Source: Lama glama (Eukaryota). Taken from it: 64,000 nt of DNA. Position 1 is the stretch's first letter; every line of letters starts with the position of its first letter. Positions 40,557 to 52,719 of the stretch are shown in pieces. The stretch covers positions 65,288,001 to 65,352,000 of the forward strand of contig CM052816.1 of NCBI GenBank assembly GCA_028534125.1, written 5' to 3'. A model generated the notes under the pieces. That model was given only the letters and a program-made list of their open reading frames with translations. It was not told where the DNA came from and searched no databases. A program made the translations under genes and the position numbers.

Positions 40557-41835
40557 AAGTTGGAAATTCAAATACTATAGATTATTCCTTAGATTTTATA
40601 AAAGTGTTCTAGACGACAGAGATGGAAATATCAAAAAGGTGAGACTTGATTTAGGTATTTTAGAAGGAAAATAGCTAAGAACTATAATTGCAGTCATACA
40701 TCTCATGCATATTATAAAATACTTATCTGACATTAGCTTTTTAAATACCTTAACATAATATATTAAATGCAAGGAAAGATTAATTATATTATAATATTTA
40801 AATACTAAAAAAAAATTCAGGTTTTTACTTTTTTACTCTGGGTTATTATAAGAGATAGTTCTTTGTTTTTATTGATTTTGTCGAAGTTTTGTTTTTTTTT
40901 TCATTAGGGGACATAATAGTAATCTAATAAGTTCATGATGCAAAATTTGAATTTCACATTACTAAAATAACTAATTGAAAACTTGATCATTTAAACCGTC
41001 TACATCAGTGAATCAAAGACTTTGGATTTTGGGAAGCATTAACTTTTTAAAAAATATAACTGGCATAAAGTTACTATTTTAAATTGTAGTAAGGATGTTA
41101 AAGATATTTAGATAACCAAAAAATGGCAAAATTCATGTTTTTCACATTTCCTACTTATTTTCAAAACAGTGTTAGAGTTTAAAAAAAACTGATTTCAACA
41201 TTTCTGTGTGTTCTGGGTCTCTGGTGCATAATATGATAATTTTCATGAATCCATCACCCTCATATTTTTTTATTCTGAAATGATGCACCTCCCATGTGTG
41301 AGGGGTGTGGGAAGTGGTCGGAAGGAGGAGGTAGAAGGGAAAGAGAGATAAGAACCATCTCTCATTCTGATTGGGGCATCATAGTTCAGTTGCCCACTTA
41401 CGGAGCAGTGCTAAGGTAACATGTAACCAGCAATGTCCACAAAGTACATTTCTCTAAGACTACACCAACTCTGTGGAACTTCAAGTTGGGCAGGGACTTA
41501 AATTTAAGCTAACCTGGCCTAAAGCTGCCCTTTTTTTACACTTGAAGAAACATGTGTCCTGCAGGGTTAAATTAATTTACAGAATAGTTTGCTGGTAGAA
41601 TGAGAACTACAATTTCTCTGTCCCTTGTCTCTTGACAATCACTTTACATTTCTCATTGTGGCTGTGTTTTAACAGGCACTGCCCTCATCTTCCAGGCTAT
41701 GTAGCCTGAAATCAAAAGTTTGAGAATTACTTTTAAAAAGCATTTGTGAGTAACTGGGGTCTTCAAATATTGGCAAGAGAGACCACTTCAGAAAACAAGA
41801 TATCCTTTCACCTTCCAACTGGAATACATTCGTAG

Positions 41836-41846
41836 ACACACACACA

Positions 41847-41886
<40 letters not shown>
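41836..41886. repeat. (CA)n microsatellite
   Basis: Read directly. Confidence 0.95.
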
Positions 41887-41888
<2 letters not shown>

Positions 41889-42434
41889 GATGAATTGGTC
41901 ACTAATTTCTATCTCCAGACTTTAATGTGGGTTTGGAAAGGTATGTTAGGATGAGTTCTTAAACATCATTTAGAATAATAATAATAAAAAATAAACTAAA
42001 CCCTCTTAGCAAATTTTGGTAGTTATTCAAAGGCCTCAGTAAAATTATGTCCATCTTACAGCTTATTATCCATCTACAAGTTTAAAAAGATACAATATGT
42101 GAGTCTATAACTTGATTGCTGCTAGTCCTGGCTCATAGCAGGAATGTTGCTAAGGGATTATACCAAATAGCACTCTATTATATTTCAAAAGATGTTGTGG
42201 TTATTTTTACCCTGAGGAACATTTTTCTACATTTAAAAATAGGAAATCTAATTTTTTTCCCAGAGAAGAGGGCATTTCGTGTTATTTTTCAAAAATTCAT
42301 TAGCTAAATTGATTTGACCCCATTTATTTGCATACCACCATCACCATGACCCTTAACACACCAGTTTGGGAATTAAATAAGAAATAAGGTATGTTTTGTC
42401 ATCTAAATAAGCATTTACATTGTTGATCTGTTTC

Positions 42435-43190
42435 AGTGCATGGTATCACCATTCATCCAGGGGTCTCAAGCCAGTGATATCCTTAGGCTCTTTCTTACCT
42501 CCTAGATTTCAGAGACAACCAAAATCTTTTGATTCTACATCAGAAATCTCTTACATTTCCCATTGTCATTTCCCTGATCCAAGCCCTCAGCACCGGTCCC
42601 CTAAACAGTTGCAATAGCCTCCTATGTGGTCTCCAGCTCCAGCCTCTCCTGACTGCAATCTGTTTTACACTCCAGGCCACCCCATCTCATCCCTATGTCT
42701 GAAATCCTTGGATAATTTCTTTCTGCCTGCAAGACAAAACTCTCAATTTCTTAGTCTGACTTTTCAAAATGTTAGCCCTGTCTTGCTTTTTCGCAGAAAA
42801 ATGATGCTCTTCACCCTCTTCCGTAAATTCCGTGAAATCACCACACTCAGCTTATTGCCATGTGCCGAGCTCTCTGTGCCTTTTCACACCTCTTTCTTTC
42901 CGAAGCTGTTTCTTCCTTCTCAACTGCTTTCCCTATGCCCTATACCACCTCCTCCTTATCTGTTTAAAAAAAAAAACTCATGAAACTTTTCAAACTTAGT
43001 TCATATATTGCCACTTGTGTGGATGTTCCTCCAAGCAGAGGAATCTTTTTCTCTTCTGGTCTTTCATGTTGCATTTTGCATACATCTGTAGCAGCTACCA
43101 ATTGCAGTTTTATGTCTGTCTCCCCCATTAAGTACATTAGGATCTTGCACAGGGTATGGTTTATATAGATGCTCAATAAGTGATGAGCTT
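42435..43190 (+). mobile_element. L2 LINE fragment
   Basis: ggtatcaccattcatccag..gcaatagcctcct..tgtctgtctccccc..gatgctcaataagtga. Confidence 0.65.
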
Positions 43191-43899
43191 TTAAATGTGG
43201 AAATAATAATAACAAAACCTTGCCCTTACAATCTGCTCTCTCAGAGGATACATTTGATTTCCTTAATAATCTCTGTGAAGTAGAGCTGGCGATATTTTGC
43301 TCATTTTATAGGTGATCAAATGGAATATCATTTCTCATTGAAATAGACACAGGTACATATTCAAAGACAGAACTCAGATTTGAGTCTTAAAATTCCTGGT
43401 CTGGTGATAACACGGTGAGATATATATGGGTTGGTATTGGATGAGAAGAAGCCCATCATTTGACTAAGACTATGAAGACAGAAATTACAGTAATTATGAA
43501 GAGAGAGAGCAGTCTTGACCCAGCTTGTAAGAAAACATCAGAATGAAAATAACTTTGATGGAATAATGTCTCCTTGTTTATTTAGAGAGATTTCTTTACA
43601 GAGTAAACTCTTAACTTTGGGTTCTTTGGCTTTACAGGGTATATTACATTTGGGGTAGGTACACATTTTGGGGGAAACATCAAATTCTCAACAAGTCCTT
43701 GGTTGAAAAAATTTAAGGCACTGTGTTCTAAAGTGAACTAAGTCATTGGCAAATGCAATAAGGGAAAAATTATAAGAACATTACATACCAATGTAGTAAT
43801 AGTCTCACTGGAGTGACTGAAAGTAATCAATTTGAAATGTTTTTTTTTTTAAATGCAACATTTCAGACAGATAAAGTCATGGGCTTATTTAAAATGACA

Positions 43900-45530
43900 T
43901 ATCCCTGAAGGGATTTTAGAGAAGCAATTGACTTAAAACTTGATTAAAATATGTGTAAAAGTAGTAAAAAATATTTTGAAAAAATCAAAAGATGTTTTTC
44001 TTTTAAGATATAAGAACATATCATATAGTCTTTTAATTCAAACAGTGTGATATTAATTTAGGAATAGACCAGTAGTTTCATGGAATTGAATAAAGGGTCA
44101 AAATAAGACCCATGTATATATGAAAATGTAGGCTTTAGTAAGGGCAGCATTCCAAATCAGTGAAAGCAGGATAAATTATTTAAAATATGGTGTTTATTAG
44201 TTTATTGAAATAAAAGAGATTCTTACCTCACACCATAAAAAACACTTAAAATTAGTAGTAAAAATATTAAAAATTTAAGATTAAAAATAGGCGAGGGATA
44301 TAAACAGACATTTCAAAAAAGAAGAAAGATTAATAACAATATACATTTGAAAAGATTCTCTACCTGTGAACAAACAAAAATCAAAATCAAAACATCAATG
44401 CTATTTAATTTTTCATCTATTTTGGAAAAATATTAAAAGATAAATAATTCATTTATCATATCTAAGTGATGTAAATCAGAGTAAGACAAATACCATATGA
44501 TATCATATATGTAGAATCTAAAAAATGACACAAATGAACTTGTTTATAAAACAGAAACATACAGACATAGAAAACAAATTTATGGTTACCGGGAGGGAAA
44601 TGTGGGGGAGGGATAAATTAGGAGTTTGGGATTAACATATACAAACTACTATATATAAAATAGATAAACAACAAAGTCCTACTATATAGCACAGGGAACT
44701 ATATTCAATAGTTTATAATAACCTATAATGAAAAAATATGAAAAAGAATATATGTATGTATATATAACTAAATCACTAGGCTATACACAAGAAACTAAGA
44801 CAACATTGTAAATCAACGATACTTCAATGAAAAACAAAGGATGAATAATTCAAAAGAACTGGAGAAAGTGTGGAGAAGTGGGCACTTTCTAATATACGTT
44901 AGTGAAAAGTACAAATTAGGATAACTTTGGTGAGTAATCAAATAAGATGTAGCAAAATTTTAAATGTGCATACTTTTGACCCAGTAATTTCATGCTTGGG
45001 AACTTGGCCTGAGAGTATTACTGAATAAGTGAGCAGAGAAGTACTATATTGCAAGCATTGCAATAATAGTAAATGTCTAGAAATCACCCAAATATCTTTC
45101 AGTAGAGAATTGGTAAAATAAGCTATGTCATATCTACTACAAAAGACTAGTAGATGAAGAATGAGAGATCTACATGTATTGAGATGTAACAACTCATAAA
45201 CTCTAGAATTTGTTAAGTGAAAAAAATAATTTAGAGACCAGATCACAGTATATGGTACCACTTACTTGTGTATTTTCATACATATTTATACATATGAGCT
45301 TATGTGTGTATATATGTGTATGTGTGTATGCATATTATGGATATTATGTGTGTGTATGTGTGTGCATATATATATATATTTTTTTTTCTCTTTCGAGGAG
45401 GGAAAAATAAAGCACAGAATTTTTATAAGTGTGAGAAGAGAGGATGGTTAAGAGAGGTCTTTGATATATTATGTTCTTTTATTTGATTTCCTTTAAAATG
45501 AGCTTATGTTGCATTTATAATGAGCAAAAT
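43900..45530 (+). mobile_element. Old L1 (L1MC/ME-like) interrupted by a younger L1
   Basis: acagtgtgatatt..aatagacc..ataagacccatgtatatatg..ttcttacctcacacc..aacagacatttc; resumes after 44852 with tgcatacttttgacccagtaatttcatgcttgggaa. Confidence 0.7.
44452..44835 (+). mobile_element. Younger L1 3'UTR nested in the old L1, with a TSD
   Basis: agacaaataccatatgatatc..acagacatagaaaacaaatttatggttacc..gggataaattaggagtttgggattaac..tatagcacagggaactatattcaa; TSD aaaagataaataattca (44435-44451) vs aaaggatgaataattca (44836-44852). Confidence 0.9.
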
Positions 45531-46852
45531 ACCTATTTTCTCCTTTTATAAAAAAAATCTAGTATTTTGCACATATTTGGGTTAAGATATTTCATTTATA
45601 TTTGCCATTTTTCTCCTCCCTCAACAGCAAATGATTGTCATAAAACAACTTAGTACAAGGTAAAATGAAGATGTCAAAGAGAAGAGAATATAACAGCATG
45701 AGAATAGTATGAAATAGGGAAGCAAAATGCATGCCATGGATTCCTGAGTAATTGTTAGAAATGAGTCATGAATTTGGCTCTGAGCTTCCTACCAGCGAAT
45801 CCAAGGAAGGAAACACTATTAAGATTCACAGTACCAGTAAGTTAAAAAATAATGAGTTGCTCGGGAGAATGCATTGGTGTTAACTCTGAGAAGTAAAAGA
45901 AGTATTTCCCCACGATTTCTTGTAAAAAGGATACTGTATGAAAATGGTGTAAGTTTTCAGTAACTTTCCTATTCTATATTAAGTACGAAATAAGTACGAA
46001 TGCTTCTGTAACTATGGCTATTATAAAACTGCATATCAATAGCTTGATATCTCAAGTGCAGTTGATTCAAAGTCCATCAGCGTTGGAGGCTGAGTTGGCA
46101 TTCTTACCAGTGCTTTCCCTTTAATGCTGAATGCTGTGTGTGCTCTGTTAAACGTAGCTGCATTCTCCAGCTTGGAGAATTCCTCTGGACTCTGTCTCCT
46201 CTGTTCAGTGTTCAGCCCTTGTTGTCATTTGGTTACTCTATCTTGATTTGGATGCCTTATGTGTTTGTTCCATGGTCTTTAGGGAAACTACATTTTGGGT
46301 CTTTTTCCAGTTTCTCCCTCAAATAATTGCTTTTTGAATTGGTTGGTCCCTACAACTGCAACCCTCAAGCATGTCCAGTTTGGACTAACCCCCAAGGTTG
46401 GATCAGAATTCTGGAACACCTCAGCCCAAGCTAGATCCCACTTATTTGTGACATGAGAATGAAATCAAAGGAGTAAGAAAATTCAGCCTTGGCATCCAGC
46501 TGTCTGATTTTCTAGCATGATCACCTACTTCTCTAGATTTTCATAGAATATCTGCTTCAGTTGAATGCTCCAAGCTAAGCTAATTATTGAATGTAGCCCT
46601 GAAGAATACACAGATTAGCCCCTTAAATATAGAGCAGGTAAAAGGTAGAAGTTAATTACCCAAAATGGGGTTGGTGTTTTAGAGTAATTTACTTGCAACC
46701 CTTTTCTCTGAAAGTAATTAGAAAGGCACACCCCTTGTCTGTTGAGATTGCTTCAAATTCACGGCAGTACTGTGTTTAATTTCCTGTTACTGCTACTGTT
46801 GTTGTTATTTACCTAGCAAACAAGTATGTTTCTAGCTCATCTGGAAGCAATT

Positions 46853-46982
46853 TAATTTAATTTTTTTGTGGGGGGTGATTAGGTTTACTTATTTATTTAC
46901 TTTTAGAGGAGGTACTGGGAATTGAACCCAGGATCTTGTGTATGCTAAGCATGCACTCTACCACTTGAGCTATACCCTCCCC
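46853..46982 (-). mobile_element. Camelid tRNA-derived SINE (vic-1-like)
   Basis: The - strand reads ggggagggtatagctcaagtggtagagtgcatgcttagcatacacaagatcctgggttcaattcccagtacctcc..aaacctaatcaccccc; A and B boxes; flanked by ggaagcaa at 46843-46850 and 46986-46993. Confidence 0.9.
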
Positions 46983-47429
46983 TGCGGAAGCAACTGAAAA
47001 TCATTAGAATATAGAGTAAAAGTTTGGAGTCCTGTCTGCACATTTTTGTTTTGCCACCACCCGGAATCACTCCCACAGCCTGGAGTCTTCTCAGTTGTAT
47101 TGAGGGTCTTGTTTTTGTCCAATGACCAGTGATCAGGGGTCCCTACTGAACTACAGCTACTCATCGTAGCAGTTTCTACTACAGCTACTGAAGAAAGATC
47201 ATCAAAGACTGACAAATACCTATGTTGTTCTTAGCAGATTTTTTGAGGAGTAATAAAGAGTATGAAGATGATCCTTATATAGAATATGGGTATAAGAAAC
47301 CCTTACTTAGATTAACCACTAAGAAGCTGCCATATACATTAACTGAATAGCCAATAAGTCAATAGATTCAGTTTGTGGGAAATAGAAAGGTCTCTGTAGT
47401 TTCAACATACTAGGCCAATCTTTATATCT

Positions 47430-47785
47430 AACTGTGTGTCTTCCCACTTGAAGGACTCTCCACGTATTTTTCCTCTGCCTGAGATGCTATTTCCTTCCCA
47501 TTCAGTAGCTTTGAAAACTTCTATTCATACTTCAGATCTTAGCTCAACATCACTTTTTCAGTGAAGACTTCTCAAGTCTCCCAAGCATATCATAGTATCT
47601 TATAGGTTTTTTTTATTGCATTCATCATATTTTAAAATTATATTTTTGTGTAATTATTTGATTAACAACAATCTCTTCCACCAAACTGTCACCCCCTGTA
47701 AAAGCAAAGAGCCTGTTAATTTTGTTCACATCCAAACACAGTATTTGCACATTGCTTGCGGTTAAAGATTTATTGAATAAATGAG
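47430..47785 (+). mobile_element. L2 LINE 3' end
   Basis: ttcctctgcctgagatgct..cttctattcatacttcagatcttagctcaacatcactt..atttattgaataaatga. Confidence 0.7.
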
Positions 47786-48969
47786 CCTCAGAGTTGGTAA
47801 GGTTATCAAATTTATAAACCTAGGAATTTGTTACTAAAAGAGAGCAGGAAATAGTTCCAATTTAGAGAATCTTCAACATATGCTTTTTTAGTTAAAGAGT
47901 TAAGAAATTACTATTTTCTTTATTTGATGAAAAGACACTTGAGTGTTAGCAGTTGTAAGTATAACTTCTGAAAAGAAGTCTGCAGGACAGGAAGTCGGTA
48001 AAAACATAGCATCACAGACTGTCAAGATGATGATGTGGAAGAGTTATATTTAAGGGGCTAGCAAATAAAAGTGAGAATAAAGGCACTAGATTCTAATTTT
48101 AATGCTATTTTGACTTGTGTGTTTCATAGTTACTTATTTCAGTGTTGATGGTTTACACATGGTTTAACCTTTATTAATAAATTATAAGTACACTGCCTAA
48201 AATTCATTGTTTGTGTTAATCTAGTTCAAACAAATACCAAGTGTCCATAACTTCTCAGAATCTGGGAATTCTTTGTGACTGTAAAATCCAAGAGTAAAAA
48301 TAAATTCCTTACTTGAGAATATAATTAGCTAATTCAAAATGACCTAAGAACTTTAATAATCATAGGAAAAAGTAAGAGTATGCACCATTATTCTGACAAA
48401 ATGGCACTTTGATTTCATAAATGTTGTTCTTTTACTTTGTGTATTAATTTTACTTTTGGTGTAGGAAGGCATGGAAGCTGTTAGATGAGTCATTATTTCT
48501 GTTGACATGAAATATTTTGTAAACCAAAATCACAAAAGAGTGTACAGAAAAATCATTAATAATAGGTCACATAAACACTTAATAACCATACTATTGCAGT
48601 ATTTCAGAAAAAATACCTACTTAGGAAAAACAGTTTTGTGTTTGTTTTCAATGGCAGCTGTGACATGGGAACCCTAGACCAAACTGAGTTACTATCTACT
48701 CTCCAGTGGGTGCTATTCAATATTCCGTGAGCTCAAATAAAGTGATTACATATCTCATTAATTGGACACAAGATGGAGAAAAAGTAGTATGCTTTCTGTA
48801 TCATATATCAAAAGTACCTTTTAAAGAAAATTCCTATTTTCTTAGTGAGCTCTAAGACGTGACTATATGAGCAATTGATGTAACTAGACCACTAGTTTGA
48901 TCAGCTTTGCCAGCAAGTTCAATGTGATGTTTCCCCAGAGATTATTTTTTGGTCAATTTTGGGTCTCAT

Positions 48970-49041
48970 TTTTTTTATTTTATGTATGTGTGTGTGTGTG
49001 TGTGTGTGTATACATATACACATATATGTGTGTATATAAAT

Positions 49042-49076
<35 letters not shown>

Positions 49077-49228
49077 TCTAAGTATAGTCAGTTTACAGTG
49101 TTGTGTCAATTTCTGGTGTGCAGCCTAATGCTTCAGTCATACATGAACATACATAGATTTGTTTTCATATTCTTTTTCACCATAAGTTACAACAATATTT
49201 GAATATACTTCCCTGTGCTATACACTAT
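48970..49228 (-). mobile_element. Short L1 3' end whose tail has become (TG)n/(TTTA)n microsatellites
   Basis: (ttta)n then aagtatagtcagtttacagtgttgtgtcaatttctggtgtgcagc..ttccctgtgctatac. Confidence 0.85.
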
Positions 49229-50363
49229 GATTTTTTTAAACTGTCTTGACCAAATTAGAACAGTACTGGATTAGATACTTCTTTGAATGTCATAGCATCT
49301 GTTGGAACACATGAAAAATTTCAGAAATATTTGAACCCACCAAGAAGCTAGTGAGGACACAGTAAGAGTTGGTGGAAAGGAATCACATACACCAGGATTG
49401 GCCCTCAACCAGTCTGGCAGCCTGTTTATTGCTTTGGATGCTACTTATGTCTAAGTGTTTGCTTTGAATATTTGATGTCGTTAATTAATGAGTATTTTGG
49501 ATTTTCTGTCTAATATAAAATCTGCTTGTAAAAAATAAATGCAAGCAAATTATAAATGATAAAGGACTAAACTTAAATCCAGTAATTCTCTCCTCAAATG
49601 TCCACTGCCAGTTTGTTTACCAGAATATTGCTGTCGTCTGATTTTTATTAAATAATAGGAATTGTTAGGTAGATAGCTAAAGGTTGTAGTTTCTAACAGT
49701 TAGTATTTTCTAAGACATCATCCTGAGAATAGTTCAATACACATGGAGTCAGGCCGTGTAGGGTAGAGCTGGCAGGGAAAATGGGAGAAGGAGGAGATAA
49801 GGCTTCGCTAAAGGTTTCTCAACTTTCCTTTAAAGATGTGAGAGGAAGTGATAGATTTTCATCAGGAATATTATGTGTTTAGCTTTGAATTTTTTAAAAG
49901 TTTATTGTAGCAGATATGTGGAACATGGAGTGGGAAGAAATTGGAGGTGCGATTTAGGTGCTTATTGCAGCAAACCAGATAAGGAATAAACCATGGTAGT
50001 CTGAAATGAAGGCTATGTCAGTGAGAATGAAAAGGAAGAGATGAATTTCAGAAAGATTTTATAAATATGTATCGTGTGACTTGTTGACTGACTTAATGCT
50101 ATTAGGTAAAATAATTTTTCAGTTAAATGTATTTCTGAAAAATATAATTAACCCATAATTATTTACATGCATAAGGAAAATATTAAAATTACATTTTTGC
50201 TTTCCTGCAGTCATTCTAATTTTTAGGTTGTTTAGATGGGGGTAAGGTTGAAATATTAGTTAAGACAGTTTTAAAATACCTGTCTGCAGATGCAATTTGC
50301 AATGTTGTTTCAGATAGATCACTTGTGCCATGATGTTAACCAAAACAAATGCTTTTTTTGATT

Positions 50364-50895
50364 TTTTTTATTGAAGTATAGTCAGTTACAATGTGTCAAT
50401 TTCTGGTGTACACCATAATGTCCCAGTCATGCATATATATACATATTCATTTTCATATTCTTTTTTATTAAAGGTTATTACAAGCTATCGAATATAGTTC
50501 CCTGTGCTATATGAAAGATATTTATCTATTTTTATATATAGTGGTTATCATTTGCAAATATCAAACTCCCAAATTTATCCCTTCCCACTCTCTTTCTCCC
50601 AGTAACCATAAGATTGTTTACTATGTCTGTGAGTCTGTTTCTGTTTTGTAGATGAGTTCATTAGTGTCCTTTTTTTCTTTTCTTCTTCTTCTTTTTTTTT
50701 TTTAAATTACACATATGAGTGATACCATATGGTATTTTTCTTTCTCTTTCTGGCTTACTTCACTTAGAATGATGACCTCCAGGTCCATCCATGTTGCTGC
50801 AAATGGCATTATTTTATTCTTTTTATAGCTGAGTCATATTCCATTGCATAAATATACCATAACTTCTTTATCCAGTCATTTGTCAATGGACAAAT
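50364..50895 (-). mobile_element. 5'-truncated L1 3' end with a TSD
   Basis: ttttattgaagtatagtcagttacaatgtgtcaatttctggtgtac..ccatgttgctgcaaatggcatt; TSD acaaatgctttttttgatt (50345-50363) vs acaaatgctttttgatt (50896-50912). Confidence 0.92.
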
Positions 50896-52637
50896 ACAAA
50901 TGCTTTTTGATTGTGGATACATGGGTAGATATATTCCATTCCAGGCCACCCTAATTAATTGTGTTAATTTAGTTAAATTGGTTTTCTCAACTCATTCGTA
51001 AAAGGTGAAAGTAACAGTTCAAACTATTTCCTCTTAGTAGGTATCATAAAGATGATAATTTTCTTTTTTTCCATAGTCAGACTTCTCTTTCTCTCTCTTT
51101 CTTCTCTATCTCTCACATTCATTTATTCTCTTTTAACTAGGAATCTGGTACAACGTTCTTCCATGATTTGGTTTTCTAAGCTCAGTTATTTTTGTAACCA
51201 TCTATTCCAGGAAATCCTTCAACCACTGGTGTGTGTGTGTGTGTGTGTGTGTTAGGCAAAATTACCACTCTTTTGCTTCACGTTTAAAATCTTTGAAAGC
51301 TTGCCTAAGCTTTTTTCTTGCTTTCCATCAATTTTATTTGCTTTTTAAAATATCTACTATTACCTTTTACCTCTGGTTAAGTCTGTTTGCATATAATTTG
51401 CTAACTCACACATTTGATACAGCTCTCACAAACCAACAAACCAACCAAACAACAACATTCCTTACTCTTCCTTTTCTAAATGTCTTTCTGAAAGTTCATT
51501 TTCTCTAGGAAATGGTCTAATTCTCTATTCTTACAAATCATATCTGACAAGAATAATTCCTTAACTTTTCATTTTCTTAAAATTTAGGTACTTTGTTACC
51601 ATGTTGAGTTGTAAGTATAGTGTAAGTAGAGATTTGCATTCAAACTTTTTATTGTTATATTTTCATATATTTTGGTCCTATGGATGTATTTTTGGTTCTG
51701 TGTATATTTTCATGCAACCGTTAATGTATAGAGCAATTAGTATGCATTTATCTTCTTCTTTGTCATCTTATCTTTCTCCTTTTCCCTCATCCTATCACTT
51801 AGTATGAGCAAAAGTAAGTACACAGCAAAAAGTTGTTTTCCCTTTCCAAGATACAAAAGCTTTTACATCGTTCTAAGATAGTAGTAAGAGCAGCCATGTA
51901 TAAAGTTTAAAAGATCTTTTCACAATATTTTAACATATATTGTCACAACTGACCCTCATATAGAAGGGTTTTAAGATGAAGTAAAGCATAACATATTCTA
52001 GAAAGATTCCTCTGGTGCTATCATAGAGGAAGAAGTGGACTAGAACAAACCTGGAGGTGAGGAGTCTAACTGAGACATTATGATGAAAACCTAGGAGGAA
52101 AGGTGAGAAAGGCATAAACCAGAGCAGCAGAAGAAATAAAAAATGATATTAACACACTAGGTTTGTCCATTTCTAGCAACCAATTGGAAAAAAGATAGGT
52201 ATATAAGGAATAAAGATGGAAATCTTAGGCTATGTACTTGGCCATCTGGGTGGATGATGGTATCAATGACCAGGTCAGGAAAAGAAAAGTGATGAATTCA
52301 GTTTGAGTTTGCCTTTGAACATACACATAGAAATCTAGTACACAATTATCATCATTATTATCTCCTCAACACAACAATTTGTTGAATAATTCTCTGGGCC
52401 TGGCATTCCCAGGAGCTTTACAGAGACTGCATCTCATTTGCTCCTTGTAATAGTCCATGGGGTAAAGACTATTGTTTCTATAACAGACATGGAAAATGAC
52501 ATTAAGTAAGGTTACTGAACTTGTAGATTCACTTAGCTCAAAGCCAGAGTCCTTTGGCTCCAAGTTCTGGTTCTTTCAATATTTCAGATTGCAGAGGTCA
52601 GAAGAGTGGGAGAATGGTGTAGATGAGTTCAGGAGCC

Positions 52638-52719
52638 AAAAAAAAAAAAAAAAGGAAAGGAAGAAAGGAAGAGAGAAAGGAAGAGAGTAGGGAAGAGAGA
52701 AAGAGAGAAAGAGAGAAAA
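52638..52719. repeat. Poly(A) plus polypurine (GGAA/GAGA)n tract
   Basis: Read directly. Confidence 0.85.

Noticed and set aside
45980..46001. Tandem taagtacgaa duplication
   Set aside because: A 10-bp local slippage duplication with no further structure.
46900..46982. tRNA-like sequence (also at 61930-62000)
   Set aside because: It is the head of a SINE with an A-rich tail and TSD, and lacks a proper acceptor stem; not a tRNA gene.
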